A DNA stretch of 64,000 nt from positions 3,968,001 to 4,032,000 of the forward strand of contig CBDCDC010000002.1 in assembly GCA_965215195.1 (NCBI GenBank), given 5' to 3'. The stretch is from Candidatus Latescibacterota bacterium (GTDB taxonomy: Bacteria > Latescibacterota > UBA2968 > UBA8231). A model generated the notes under the pieces. That model saw only the letters and a program-made list of their open reading frames with translations. It did not search any database and was not told where the DNA came from. Position numbers and translations under genes: made by a program. Below, one piece after another: positions 19,533 to 30,132 of the stretch (its first letter is position 1; each line of letters starts with the position of its first letter).

Positions 19533-21373
19533 GCGAGCTGGATGCCTTGGGCATTGAGCTGATAGGAGACCACGCTGCTTTTGGCAAAGGCCGCGCGTTG
19601 GCGCAGCTTGTCGAGCCTAGCGCGCAACGCGGCTGCTTGCCCCTCTGCGGCGATGAGGAGGGCGAAGCCGCCGCCGCCAGCCCCGGTGAGAAGCCCGCCC
19701 TCGGTCAGGTCGGTGATCTGCGGATTCTCAAAAAGGTGTTGCAAGGCGTCGTTGGTGGCCTCGGGGTCGAGGATGCAGCGCAACTGCCAGTAGCGGTTGG
19801 CTAGCTGCCCGAGATCGGCGTATGCGCCCGCGCACAGCGCGGCCACCATGTCGTCGTGAATGGCCAGCGACTCGCGGATAGCTGCATAGCGCTGGCGATC
19901 CCGCGACAGATAGGCGTCGAGGACGACGTTGAGGCCGCGGGTCGCCGAGCGCGATATCCCCGTGTCGAAGAGCACGATCCGCTCGGTGAACAGGCTCTCA
20001 TCTACTTGGGTGAGGAACGTGCGCTCGGGCGCGGGCAGGCCGTTGGTCGGCGGCGCGTAGAAGTTCTTGATGGCCGCGGGGCCGCCGCTGGCGCCGCGCG
20101 CATCCTGCCAACCGCTGTTGAGGCCGAGGCTCTGTTCGAGCATGAGGCTTTGGTCGTAGAGGCTGGGGTACTCGCACGCGGGCGCGGCGTAGGGGTGGCC
20201 GGAGAGGTGGTAGAGCATTTTGAGGATGGCGGCCGACAAGATGCCGCTGGTTCCTAGGCCGGATCCTTGTAGCACCTTGCTACGGGTGGTGATTTCCAAA
20301 CCGCCACCGCCGGTAAAGGCGGCGATGTCTTCGATGACGTCTGTGGAATCCGGCCGGACGATGCCCGCGTGGACCAGCCCTTGTTTGACCAGCCGCAGGG
20401 CTTCGTCGCCGCTGCGGCGGTAGGCAAAGAACAGCTCGCTGGCGGTCGCGGCTGAGCTATTTTTGCTGGCCGCAAAGTCGGCCTTGAAGCCCCGGGAGCG
20501 CGAGCGGAGGATGAGCTGGGGTTCGGTCAGCCTCCGTGCGGTGACCTCCAGCGGCGGTTGGGCACACTCTTCTTGGCCCTGTTGCAGATTGACGGCGATG
20601 TTGAGTGTCTTGCCGCCCCGTTCCTTGCTGCGCAGGTGATTGTCCGAGGCATTGGCACTGGAGATGCCCAAGCGCAGGGGTGCTTGGATGCAAAAGGTTT
20701 GCTCGTAGGCCGCTTCGTTCATCCGCGGCGCCGGGGCGCGGCCCCTGTCGAGGGCGGCCAAGCTGCGCTGTAGGTCGATGCTCTGTAACTGGTTGATCCG
20801 CGCCTCGTAGGCCGCGGCCAGTTTTTCTACTTGCTTGGCTTCTTTGAACTGGACGATGTCTTGGCCGTCGATGCAGCAGGGCGGCAGCGCTCGCCACCAA
20901 GCCCGCGCCTCACCGGCGAGCGTCCGGTAGATGTCGGACATGACGCGGGCGACGCGCATGCCGCGCAGGCAGCGGACCGAGACATCGCATTCTTCTAGAT
21001 AGGCATTGAGGCGTTTGAGTACCTGCAAGAGCACCTTGGGGGACTGGGGGGGCAAAAGCCGCAGCAATTGGCGGTGATCGAGATCGACCAAGCCATCGAC
21101 CAAATCGACGGTTAGTTGCGGCAGCTCTTTGGCGACCGCATTGCCGAAAAGCTCATCCCACTCCTCGGGCGTGGTCGCTGCGAGGAGCGCGTCAATGGCC
21201 GCAGGGGTTTCTAAGCGGGACAAAAGCACCCGATTGAAGAGCAGAGCGCGGAAGAAGCGGCGCTTTTCCTCGGGTTTGCCGCCGGTGCGCGCCGCGTCGA
21301 GGATGTGATCGACCAGCGATTGGACTTCGCGCAAATCAGCGGCTTGTTCGAGACGTGCGAGGAATGCTTTCAT
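19529..21373 (-). CDS. GHMP-kinase family sugar kinase (fucokinase/HddA-like) with unknown N-terminal domain
   Basis: APLRLGIS, QGSGLGTSG, SGWQD, LTGAGGGGF. Confidence 0.75.
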   Translation of the reverse strand: MKAFLARLEQAADLREVQSLVDHILDAARTGGKPEEKRRFFRALLFNRVLLSRLETPAAIDALLAATTPEEWDELFGNAVAKELPQLTVDLVDGLVDLDHRQLLRLLPPQSPKVLLQVLKRLNAYLEECDVSVRCLRGMRVARVMSDIYRTLAGEARAWWRALPPCCIDGQDIVQFKEAKQVEKLAAAYEARINQLQSIDLQRSLAALDRGRAPAPRMNEAAYEQTFCIQAPLRLGISSANASDNHLRSKERGGKTLNIAVNLQQGQEECAQPPLEVTARRLTEPQLILRSRSRGFKADFAASKNSSAATASELFFAYRRSGDEALRLVKQGLVHAGIVRPDSTDVIEDIAAFTGGGGLEITTRSKVLQGSGLGTSGILSAAILKMLYHLSGHPYAAPACEYPSLYDQSLMLEQSLGLNSGWQDARGASGGPAAIKNFYAPPTNGLPAPERTFLTQVDESLFTERIVLFDTGISRSATRGLNVVLDAYLSRDRQRYAAIRESLAIHDDMVAALCAGAYADLGQLANRYWQLRCILDPEATNDALQHLFENPQITDLTEGGLLTGAGGGGFALLIAAEGQAAALRARLDKLRQRAAFAKSSVVSYQLNAQGIQLA

Positions 21374-21442
21374 GCGCGTTAGCAAGGGGCGAGGGTGCGC
21401 TGCAATCGGCGAAAATTATACGCAAAAAACGCGCACCGCGCA

Positions 21443-22063
21443 TCAGGGAGAGTCGGCCGGGCGCATTAGCTCGCCGGCTTCCACCGCGAAATTGAGGTGG
21501 TTTTGTCGCGGGGGCAGCGGGCAAATGTAGGTGGGATTGTACGCGCAGTATGGATTATACGCGTTATTGAAATCAATGACATATATGCCATCGTCCTCCC
21601 GCGTCAGGCGCGCGTAGCGCCCGCCCCCATAGGTGGTGTGGCCGTTGGTCCGATCCTTGAAGAAGATTTCCGTTTCGCCGGTTTGCGGACTGCGGTACAC
21701 CTCCAGCCAAAAGCCTTTTTCGCCAAAAGCCGCAACAAAGCGCCCAAATCGCTCGAGCTCGGTGGTGGTGCCGTCGGTATTGGGTATTTCGACGATGCGC
21801 TGGCGACCGTAGATGTGCAGCTCGCCCCGCAGGCGATAGCGGAGATCAATGGGATAGTACGCAAGGCCCGCAAACGCGCTGCGCTGCGCGGGCGTTAGCG
21901 GCGACTCCTCGCTTTTGAGCAGGCTATCCTTGGCAGCGCGGAGTGCTTCAATTTGGGCGCGGATAGAATCGTCGGCCGCGGCGGACCCAAAGGACAGGCA
22001 TAGATAGCAAGCGACGGCCCAGAGCGGGATTCTAGGTCTAAAAATGAATGGGCTCACAGGCAT
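21443..22063 (-). CDS. DUF1684-family exported protein
   Basis: FKDRTNGHTTYGGGRY, IDFNNAYNPYCAYN...CPLPPRQN. Confidence 0.9.
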   Translation of the reverse strand: MPVSPFIFRPRIPLWAVACYLCLSFGSAAADDSIRAQIEALRAAKDSLLKSEESPLTPAQRSAFAGLAYYPIDLRYRLRGELHIYGRQRIVEIPNTDGTTTELERFGRFVAAFGEKGFWLEVYRSPQTGETEIFFKDRTNGHTTYGGGRYARLTREDDGIYVIDFNNAYNPYCAYNPTYICPLPPRQNHLNFAVEAGELMRPADSP

Positions 22064-22194
22064 GACAAATTTTCCTCTCGATCTATTTTAGAGCCAATTT
22101 GCCGCCATATCAAATGGCCTGCTCGACTAGCCGTTCCACCTTGTCCCCCCTCTCCGGCCGCCATACATTTTTGCGACAAACAGGAGGAAAATCC

Positions 22195-22275
22195 ATGCGT
22201 TTGCAAGATCGCATCGCCGTTGTTAGCGGAGGGAGTTTGGGCATTGGGCGGGGTATTTGTCGCGAACTGGCCGAT
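22195..22275 (+). pseudogene. N-terminal stub of an SDR oxidoreductase
   Basis: RBS AGGAGG then MRLQDRIAVVSGGSLGIGRGICRELA (Rossmann GxxxGxG); similarity ends immediately after. Confidence 0.7.
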
Positions 22276-22393
22276 ATGCAGGAAGCGCCCAAGGTCGGCG
22301 GAACACGCCCTTGCCGCGGGACATTGGGCGGGCCGTGGCGTTTTTCGCGGAGTGGATTACCGGGGCGGCACTGTTAGCGCCGATCTTGTAGGC

Positions 22394-23236
22394 ATGGACG
22401 AGGCTTGGTCCATAGTCGAAGTGAGCCGCGTCCGGGGAAGGTCGCGGTTGACATCCTGCTTGGCTGTCGCGCCGTTGAAGATCCTCAGCCCCAAGGCCGG
22501 CGCCGATTACAGCACGGCCGTGCTTTCGAGCTATGGCGGCGGCTTGGTCGCCGGCGATTGCGCTCGGCTGCGCGTGCGCTGCGGCCGGGAGGCCAAGCTC
22601 TTTTTGGGCACCCAAGCCTTTACCAAAGTGTACAAGACCACCGACGGTCAAGTTGCGCGCCAGGAACTCGCCGGACACGTCGAAGCAGGTGCCTGCGTAG
22701 TATCACTGCCCGACCCGGTGGTGCCCTATGCCGACAGCGCCTTTGTGCAGGAGCAAGTCTGGCACCTTGAAGCGGGGGCCTTGCTGGTCTTGCTCGATGG
22801 AGGCACGGCCGGCCGCGGCGCACGAGGCGAGCGATTCCACTACGGCTCTTATACCTCTAATATGTCCATCTACTTGGAAGGCGAATTAGTGTTGGCTGAA
22901 CGCTTGAGTTTGCAGCCTAAGCAGCAGGCCCCCGACCGCGTTGGGGCTTTTGGCCAATATACTGCCTTCGCCAACGCCTTTATCATCGGCGACCCACTGC
23001 GCTCTGCCGTCGAGGAAGTACTGCGCCGTGCCCTAGCGCCAATGCTCACCAGTCAGCGGACGCGCGGAACTAATAGGGCCGCTTTGGTTGCGCTGGCCGA
23101 ACCTCGTCCCCAAGTGCTCGCGCTCCGCGCCTTGGGGCGCACCAGTGGCGATCTAGCGGGAGTCTTGCACGCGCTCGCCACGGCCGTATCGCTGCCTCAA
23201 GTCCTAGGCGAAAATCCACTGCGCCGAAAGTATTGA
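22394..23236 (+). CDS. ureD: Urease accessory protein UreD
   Basis: YGGGLVAGD, GTQAFTKVYK, LPDPVVPYADS, GRGARGERF, terminal RKY. Confidence 0.9.
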   Translation: MDEAWSIVEVSRVRGRSRLTSCLAVAPLKILSPKAGADYSTAVLSSYGGGLVAGDCARLRVRCGREAKLFLGTQAFTKVYKTTDGQVARQELAGHVEAGACVVSLPDPVVPYADSAFVQEQVWHLEAGALLVLLDGGTAGRGARGERFHYGSYTSNMSIYLEGELVLAERLSLQPKQQAPDRVGAFGQYTAFANAFIIGDPLRSAVEEVLRRALAPMLTSQRTRGTNRAALVALAEPRPQVLALRALGRTSGDLAGVLHALATAVSLPQVLGENPLRRKY

Positions 23237-23543
23237 TCGCTCCGCAGTATCAAAGCCTATCCAATAACACATAATTGTATCTTTTCCGCTGCTCGCCCTA
23301 GCCGCACAGTACCGAGAAGCATGGATTCGCCCTGCAATGAGGTGTGGAAAAGCGACATATGTGTTCATTTGAAATACTAAAAACCACATCTTTATCGTCT
23401 ATTGTTGAAAAAAACCAAGCGATTAAACCACCAAAAATGCCATTTACGTTAAAATTACAAATTGCGTATCTCTTTGCAACATAAAGAGATAGTAGCAAAA
23501 TGTTCCCTCCTGATAGGTCTATGGACTGCTGCGGGTGCCATTG

Positions 23544-23559
23544 TGGTATCCTTTTTGCA
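23544..23559 (+). promoter_or_regulatory. Sigma54 (-24/-12) promoter of the urt/ure operon
   Basis: TGGTATCCTTTTTGCA has exact GG-N10-GC spacing, 64 bp upstream of urtA, preceded by an AT-rich region. Confidence 0.65.
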
Positions 23560-23622
23560 AGTAGGAGAGCGGAATCGGTCCGCGTCCGGGCCATTTAACA
23601 CTACAATTTTTGGAGGGATTCA

Positions 23623-24882
23623 ATGAGAAGGATCGCATTTGTCGCCTTAGGGCTAATCGTCGCCGGGATGCATTCGAGTGCGCGGGCGCAGGAGCCAGTC
23701 AAAATAGGGGTCCTGCATTCGCTCAGCGGCACGATGGCTATCTCGGAGGTATCGCTGCGCGACGCCGTGCTGATGGCGGTCGAGGAAATCAATTCCAACG
23801 GCGGCGTACTGGGCAGCAAAATTGAGCCGGTGGTCGTCGATCCGGCGTCCGACTGGGACCTGTTCGCCGAAAAGTCCAAAGAACTGTTGCTAGAGCACGA
23901 GGTGGCGGCCGTCTTTGGATGCTGGACCTCGGTGTCGCGCAAGTCGGTGTTGCCGGTTTTTGAAGAAAACGCCGGGCTGCTGTTTTATCCGGTCCAGTAC
24001 GAAGGCGAGGAGTGCTCGCGCAACATCATCTATACAGGGGCCACCCCCAACCAGCAGTTGATCCCGGCCGCCCAGTACCTGATGAGCGAGGAAGGCGGCG
24101 GGTACGAGAAGTTCTATCTGCTCGGCACCGACTACGTGTTCCCGCGCACGGCCAACAAAATCCTGCGCGCCTATCTCCTCGACCAAGGGGTGCCCGAAGC
24201 GAATATCATGGAGGAGTACACGCCCTTCCACCACCAGGACTACCAGACCATCGTGCAGAAGATCAAGAATTTCGCCGCCGATGGGACGGCCGCGGTCTTG
24301 AGCACGATCAACGGCGATTCCAACGTGCCCTTCTACAAGGAATTCGCCAATCAGGGGCTGACTTCGGCGATGTGTCCGATCATGGCCTTTTCAGTGGCCG
24401 AAGACGAGCTGCGGGCGATGGATACCGAGTTCTTGGTCGGCCACTTAGCGGCTTGGAACTACTTCCAGTCCGTGCCCACCAAAGAAAACCGCGGCTTCGT
24501 CAAGAGCTTCAAGCAGTACTGTGCGGCCAAGGACTTGCCCGGCGGGCTGATGCGCGTCACCGACGATCCGATTCTGTGGGCCTATACCGGAGTCTATCTG
24601 TGGAAAGGTGCGGTTGAAAAGGCCGGTTCCTTTGACGTAGAAAAGGTGCGGCCGGCGCTCTATGGGCTGACGTTTGACTCGCCGGGCGGCCAAGTGATGA
24701 TGGACGAGCGCAATCACCATCTGCACAAGCCCGTCTATATCGGCGAGATCAAAAAGAACGGCCAGTTCAAGATCGTCTATGAGTCGGATGGCCTCGTGGC
24801 CCCGGATCCGTGGGACGATATCACCAGCGCCGACAAGGATTGCGACCACGTCAATTACATGGGCACTTATACCTTAGAGTGA
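23623..24882 (+). CDS. urtA: Urea ABC transporter substrate-binding protein
   Basis: GVLHSLSGTMAISE, FGCWTSVSRKSVLPVFE, FYPVQYEGEE, NGDSN. Confidence 0.95.
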   Translation: MRRIAFVALGLIVAGMHSSARAQEPVKIGVLHSLSGTMAISEVSLRDAVLMAVEEINSNGGVLGSKIEPVVVDPASDWDLFAEKSKELLLEHEVAAVFGCWTSVSRKSVLPVFEENAGLLFYPVQYEGEECSRNIIYTGATPNQQLIPAAQYLMSEEGGGYEKFYLLGTDYVFPRTANKILRAYLLDQGVPEANIMEEYTPFHHQDYQTIVQKIKNFAADGTAAVLSTINGDSNVPFYKEFANQGLTSAMCPIMAFSVAEDELRAMDTEFLVGHLAAWNYFQSVPTKENRGFVKSFKQYCAAKDLPGGLMRVTDDPILWAYTGVYLWKGAVEKAGSFDVEKVRPALYGLTFDSPGGQVMMDERNHHLHKPVYIGEIKKNGQFKIVYESDGLVAPDPWDDITSADKDCDHVNYMGTYTLE

Positions 24883-24914
24883 TAAAACTCTACTAGCGCG
24901 GAAGGACGTAAAGC

Positions 24915-25814
24915 ATGAACGAGAAAGTTGCAGCATTTGCACTGGCGATTTTTGTCGCCCAGACGGCATCCGCCGAGGTCAAATTCTCCGGTTTTGTCGA
25001 TATGAGCGCGTTCAGCGACGATGGAAACGCGAGCATGTCGCTGGACCAGTTCGAACTGGACGCCTCGACGGACCTCGGGGACGGGCTCTCCATGCGGGCA
25101 GATGTCAATGCCTTGGGGCCTACCGCCCCGGTCGAGCTAGAGCAGGCCTTTATCGCGTACGACACCGGCGCAGGCTTGGCGCTCACCGTGGGCAAATTTC
25201 TCAGTTGCACCGGCTTTGAAGCGGCCGAACCCACGGGGATGTATCAGTATTCGTACTCGGCTACGCTGGTCTATGGCGGCTATCAGAATGGGGTAGCGGC
25301 CTCCTACGGCTCGGATATGTTCGGCCTGTACGGGGCGGTTGTCTCTAGCGTGTGGGACGGCGCGGAGACCGATTTCTCCGGGGATGGGAGCGACCTAGGG
25401 TTTGAGGCTCAAGTCGCCCTGATGCCGGTCGAAGGGATAACGGCCAAAGCCGCATTGGCGCGGGAAGACGAGCAGACCTTGATCAACGTTTGGGGCCTGT
25501 TTGAGACGGGACCGCTGTCGCTCGCCGCCGAGGTGAACTCGATGAGCGATTGGGGGGCTTATGAGTCGGGATTGGGGTATCTCGGGATGGTCAATTACGG
25601 CCTGAGCGACCAAGTCGGCGTAACGGCCCGCTACTCGGCTATCGCGTGGACTCCAACTGGCGGCGGCGCAGACGACGAAACGAGCGAATTCACCATCGCT
25701 CCGAGTTACGCCATTTCGGACAACTGGGGTCTGGTGGCCGAGCTGAAGATGCTCACAGTGGGCGAGGCCGACGCCGTGGCGCAAATTGCGCTGGAGTCGC
25801 TGCTGACGTTTTAG
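24915..25814 (+). CDS. Outer-membrane beta-barrel porin
   Basis: Signal peptide, FSGFVD, LEQAFIAY, GKFLSCTGFEA, terminal Phe. Confidence 0.8.
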   Translation: MNEKVAAFALAIFVAQTASAEVKFSGFVDMSAFSDDGNASMSLDQFELDASTDLGDGLSMRADVNALGPTAPVELEQAFIAYDTGAGLALTVGKFLSCTGFEAAEPTGMYQYSYSATLVYGGYQNGVAASYGSDMFGLYGAVVSSVWDGAETDFSGDGSDLGFEAQVALMPVEGITAKAALAREDEQTLINVWGLFETGPLSLAAEVNSMSDWGAYESGLGYLGMVNYGLSDQVGVTARYSAIAWTPTGGGADDETSEFTIAPSYAISDNWGLVAELKMLTVGEADAVAQIALESLLTF

Positions 25815-25883
25815 GTGGGTGGAGCGGAGACGGCCGCTTAGCAGTTTAGCGATTGGTACGGTACAAGGTAAAGGTAAAGGTAC

Positions 25884-27599
25884 ATGGTAATTAGGCCGTC
25901 TCCGCTCCGTTTTACGGGGCGGAGTTCAATTTTGCTAAAAGTACTGGCGGTGTGGCTCTTAGCGGCTGGGGCGGCGGGAGCCGACACGTGGGACGAAGAG
26001 CAGTTTGCGCGGCTGACCAGCGGCCATGACGCCGAGATCCAACGGGCCGTAACCGCCTTGGCCGCGCGCTACGACCAAGCCCATTACGCATTGATGAAGG
26101 GGCTGTTCAGCGGGGAGGTCTATCGCTGGAGCGAGCGCGCAGTGCAACGCGGCTTGGTGCTCATCGGCGATGAGGAAATGGACGAGTACGGCGATTCGAT
26201 CGCGCCGCTTTTTACGGCCTATCCCGAGCGCGTACCCATCCTCGGCGGGGATGGTGAGCAGGTCGAGGTTTCGCTCTACGACCTAGAGGAAGTCGAGACC
26301 AATCGGAAGATCCGGGTGCTGATCCAGCCCTATTTGCTGCTGATGGAACTCTTCCACCCGGCCGCTGACAAACGGCGGATCGCCGCTGAAAATATCGGCA
26401 ACAAGGGCACGGCCGCCGCCATCCCGAGGTTGCGCCGCTCCATTGAGGCGGAAACGGATGGGTCGATCCGGCGGTTGAAGCGCGTGTCGTTGGCCAAGCT
26501 GCAATTGGCCGACGCCCAAGCCGAGGTGCGCTTGCAGGCGGTGGCTGCATTGGAGGAACTGCGCAGTCCGCTGGCCATACCCGTCCTAGAGGAGCTTTTG
26601 CGTACAGGCGAGTCTGGGGCCTTTGCCGAACCAGACACTCAGGTGCGGGAGCGGGCCGCAGCGGCCCTGACTAGCTTGCGGCGTTTTAGTTCCTTCATGC
26701 AGGCGGTGCAGACGATTTTCATCGGTCTGAGCTTGGGGTCCATTCTGGTCTTGATGTCGCTGGGGTTGGCGATTATCTACGGGCAGATGGGAGTGATTAA
26801 CATGGCGCACGGCGAGTTTATGATGATCGGCGCGTACACCACTTTCGTGGTGCAAAACCTGTGCTTGGCCGTGCTACCTGCTGCGTACGGAGACCTCTTT
26901 TTCGCCATCTCCTTTCCCTTTGCTTTCTTGGTGGCTGGAGGCGTCGGGTTTCTGCTGGAGGCGTTGATTATATGCCGGCTGTACAGCCGACCCCTCGAAA
27001 GCCTGCTGGCCACTTGGGGCATCAGTCTGGTGCTGATTCAGGCGGCGCGCAGCATCTTTGGCGATCTGACGGCCGTGAAGTTGCCGCAGCTTCTAAGCGG
27101 TGGCTGGGAAATGGCGCCCCAAGTGGTGTTGCCCTATAACCGCATGTTCATCATGGCACTGGCCGCGGCGATCGTCGGGATGCTGTTGGCGCTTTTCTTT
27201 CGCACGCGCTTTGGGCTCAAGCTGCGGGCCACGACCCAAAATCGGGCGATGAGTGCCTGCGTTGGGGTGCCGGTGCGGCGCATTGACGCCATGGCCTTTG
27301 CCTTGGGCACGGGGATCGCCGGGGTCGCCGGTTGGGCCATGACCCTGATCGGGAACGTCGTGCCCAACATGGGCCAGACCTACATCGTCGATTCGTTCCT
27401 CGTGGTCGTCACCGGCGGGGTCGGCAAGCTGCTGGGCACAATAAGCGCCGGGCTGGGGATCGGCATTTTCAACAAGATGCTCGAGCCGCTCTTTGAAGCC
27501 GTGTACGGCAAGGTCATCCTGTTGGGCTTGATCATCGTCTTCTTGCAATCGCGCCCGACTGGCCTCTTTCCCGCCAAAGGACGGAGCGAGGAACTGTGA
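25884..27599 (+). CDS. urtB: Urea ABC transporter permease with HEAT-like N-terminus
   Basis: LGLAIIYGQMGVINMAHGEFMMIGAY, LESLLATWGISL, YIVDSFLVVV. Confidence 0.93.
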   Translation: MVIRPSPLRFTGRSSILLKVLAVWLLAAGAAGADTWDEEQFARLTSGHDAEIQRAVTALAARYDQAHYALMKGLFSGEVYRWSERAVQRGLVLIGDEEMDEYGDSIAPLFTAYPERVPILGGDGEQVEVSLYDLEEVETNRKIRVLIQPYLLLMELFHPAADKRRIAAENIGNKGTAAAIPRLRRSIEAETDGSIRRLKRVSLAKLQLADAQAEVRLQAVAALEELRSPLAIPVLEELLRTGESGAFAEPDTQVRERAAAALTSLRRFSSFMQAVQTIFIGLSLGSILVLMSLGLAIIYGQMGVINMAHGEFMMIGAYTTFVVQNLCLAVLPAAYGDLFFAISFPFAFLVAGGVGFLLEALIICRLYSRPLESLLATWGISLVLIQAARSIFGDLTAVKLPQLLSGGWEMAPQVVLPYNRMFIMALAAAIVGMLLALFFRTRFGLKLRATTQNRAMSACVGVPVRRIDAMAFALGTGIAGVAGWAMTLIGNVVPNMGQTYIVDSFLVVVTGGVGKLLGTISAGLGIGIFNKMLEPLFEAVYGKVILLGLIIVFLQSRPTGLFPAKGRSEEL

Positions 27600-28657
27600 G
27601 CGCGTCTAGGCACCACATAGTCGCTGGTTTGCTGTTTGCCTTTTTTGGCCTCCTAGTCCCCCTGCTCAACTATCTAGGCCTAGTTGCCGATACGACCCTG
27701 AACCTGTGGGGGCGCTATTTTTGTTTTGCCATCGTCGCCCTTGGGATGGACCTGATTTGGGGATTTACCGGCATTCTGTCGCTGTGCCAGGCGTTTTTCT
27801 TTTGTCTGGGCGGCTACGCCATTGGTATGCACATGCTGCTCAAGACCGGGACTAAGGGCGTGTACGGCAGCGCGTTGCCCGACTTCATGGTCTGGAACCG
27901 GGTTGAGGAACTGCCGCTTTTTTGGCAGCCGTTCCACAGCCTGCCGCTGACGGTGCTCCTCGGGCTGCTGGTACCGGGATTGGCGGCGCTGGTCTTTGGT
28001 TTTCTCGCCTTTCGCAGCCGCATCAAGGGTGTGTATTTGGCCATTATCACCCAAGCACTGGCGCTGGCGCTGTGGCTGCTTTTTTTGCGCAACGAGACCA
28101 TGTTGGGGGGGACCAACGGGCTGACTGATTTCAAGACCCTGCTGGGCGCTGAGTTGGCCGATCCGGCGACCAAGCGCGGGCTCTACGTGGTGGCGTGTGC
28201 GGCCCTGGTGGGGGCGTATTATCTGTGCCGCTATATCGTGGGCTCCAAATTGGGCAAATTGTTAGTGGCCATCCGCGACAGCGAGCACCGCCTGCGCTTT
28301 ATCGGCTACCCCATTACCCGCTACAAGCTCTTCGTCTTTGTCGTCGCCAGCGCCTTGGCCGGCTTGGGGGGAATGCTCTACGTGCCGCAGACCGGCATCA
28401 TCACGCCGGGGCGCATGGACGTGCAGGCTTCGATTGAAATCGTGGTGTGGACGGCGGTCGGGGGCCGGGGGACGTTGGTGGGCGCAATCGTCGGGGCCGT
28501 ATTGGTCAACTTGCTCTACAGCTTCCTCACCGGCGCGTTCCCCGGCACTTGGCTCTACTTCCTCGGTGCGCTCTTTGTCGGGGTGGTGCTGTTCTTTCCC
28601 GAGGGCATCGTCGGGGTGATCGGGCGTTGGCGTCGGCGGCCGCGTAACGAGAATTAG
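27596..28657 (+). CDS. urtC: Urea ABC transporter permease
   Basis: LPDFMVWN, FRSRIKGVYLAIITQAL, GGTNGLTDFK, AVGGRGTL. Confidence 0.93.
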   Translation: MSASRHHIVAGLLFAFFGLLVPLLNYLGLVADTTLNLWGRYFCFAIVALGMDLIWGFTGILSLCQAFFFCLGGYAIGMHMLLKTGTKGVYGSALPDFMVWNRVEELPLFWQPFHSLPLTVLLGLLVPGLAALVFGFLAFRSRIKGVYLAIITQALALALWLLFLRNETMLGGTNGLTDFKTLLGAELADPATKRGLYVVACAALVGAYYLCRYIVGSKLGKLLVAIRDSEHRLRFIGYPITRYKLFVFVVASALAGLGGMLYVPQTGIITPGRMDVQASIEIVVWTAVGGRGTLVGAIVGAVLVNLLYSFLTGAFPGTWLYFLGALFVGVVLFFPEGIVGVIGRWRRRPRNEN

Positions 28658-28660
28658 GCG

Positions 28661-29425
28661 ATGGACAATCTATACGTGCAGCAGTTGAGTGTGTCGTTCG
28701 ACGGCTTCAAGGCACTGGACATCGACATATTTGAGGTCGCCCAAAACGAATTGCGGGTGGTCATCGGCCCCAATGGTGCGGGCAAGACGACCCTGCTCGA
28801 CGTACTCTGCGGCCGGGCGCGGCCCGACGCGGGCCACGCCTATTTCAAGGATCGAGACCTGACCAAGCTGAGCGAGGGCGAGATCGTCGATTTAGGGGTG
28901 GGGCGCAAATTCCAAGCGCCGACAGTTTTTACTTCTCTGACCGTCGCCGACAACCTGATGCTAGCTGTGCAGGCCAACCGCGGCGTCTTCGCCTCGCTGT
29001 TCCACCGGCTCAAAGCGGCCGAGCGCCGCCGGACTGAGGAGGTGGCCGAGCGCACCGGGCTGGAGGGTGTGCTCGACGAGGTCGCCGGGACCCTGTCGCA
29101 CGGTCAGAAGCAGTGGTTGGAGATCGCCATGGTCATCTTGCAGGACCCCACGCTCTTTCTGGTGGATGAGCCAGCGGCCGGTATGACCGACGAGGAGACC
29201 TTCCGCACCGGGGAGATCCTGCAAGGACTCGCCGCAGACCACGCCCTGATCGTCATTGAGCACGATATGGAATTCGTGCGGCAAATCGCCCGCAAAGTAA
29301 CGGTGCTACACGAGGGCAAGATCCTAGTCGAAGGGCCGATGGAAACGGTACAGAACGACCCGCGCGTCATTGAGTGCTATCTGGGAACGGCCATGGAACG
29401 GGAGGAACACAGTGCAGTCGGCTGA
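28661..29425 (+). CDS. urtD: Urea ABC transporter ATP-binding protein
   Basis: VSFDGFKAL, GPNGAGKT, LSHGQKQWLEI. Confidence 0.93.
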   Translation: MDNLYVQQLSVSFDGFKALDIDIFEVAQNELRVVIGPNGAGKTTLLDVLCGRARPDAGHAYFKDRDLTKLSEGEIVDLGVGRKFQAPTVFTSLTVADNLMLAVQANRGVFASLFHRLKAAERRRTEEVAERTGLEGVLDEVAGTLSHGQKQWLEIAMVILQDPTLFLVDEPAAGMTDEETFRTGEILQGLAADHALIVIEHDMEFVRQIARKVTVLHEGKILVEGPMETVQNDPRVIECYLGTAMEREEHSAVG

Positions 29426-30122
29426 GACCACGCTGGCGGTGGAGGAGCTGGATGTCCACTACGGAGGTAGCCGCATCTTGCGCGACATTAGCTTGCGGGT
29501 TCCCGGCGGCTCAATTGTGGCGGTGATGGGGCGCAACGGCGTCGGCAAAACGACGCTGCTCAAGGCGATCATGGGGCTGTTGGCACCGACCAAGGGCCGG
29601 GTGTTTTTTGCCGGCGAGGACGTCACTGGGCTGACGGCTGATCAGCGCACCCGGCGGGGATTGGGGTACGTGCCGCAGGGCCGCGAGATTTTTCCGCAGT
29701 TGACAGTGCGGGAAAACTTGCAAATCGGCTTGCAGGCGTGCGGTGGCGGTGGCGAGGTACCCGAGGAAGTGTTCGCGCTCTTTCCGGTGTTGGCGGAAAT
29801 GCAGGAGCGGATGGGCGGCAATTTGAGCGGCGGACAGCAACAGCAGTTGGCCATTGCCCGGGCCCTGATCGGCGAACCCAAGGTCCTGATGCTGGATGAG
29901 CCGACCGAAGGAATCCAGCCGTCGATTATTTTGCAAATAGAAAAGGTGTTGCTCCAGCTCAAGGAGCGGGGCGAATTCGCCATCGTCCTAGTTGAGCAGT
30001 ACTTCGACTTCGCGCGGCAGATCGCCGATCACTTCTTTCTCATGGATCGGGGCAGCATCCTGTTGCAGGGGACGGCCGACGAGTTGTCGGATGAAAGTAT
30101 CAAGACCCATCTGACGTTTTGA
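29412..30122 (+). CDS. urtE: Urea ABC transporter ATP-binding protein
   Basis: [47 protein letters not shown]. Confidence 0.93.
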   Translation: MQSAETTLAVEELDVHYGGSRILRDISLRVPGGSIVAVMGRNGVGKTTLLKAIMGLLAPTKGRVFFAGEDVTGLTADQRTRRGLGYVPQGREIFPQLTVRENLQIGLQACGGGGEVPEEVFALFPVLAEMQERMGGNLSGGQQQQLAIARALIGEPKVLMLDEPTEGIQPSIILQIEKVLLQLKERGEFAIVLVEQYFDFARQIADHFFLMDRGSILLQGTADELSDESIKTHLTF

Positions 30123-30132
30123 GGGAGGATTC

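Noticed and set aside
25884-26700. HEAT-like N-terminal extension of UrtB as a novelty
   Set aside because: Long periplasmic N-termini are common in UrtB proteins
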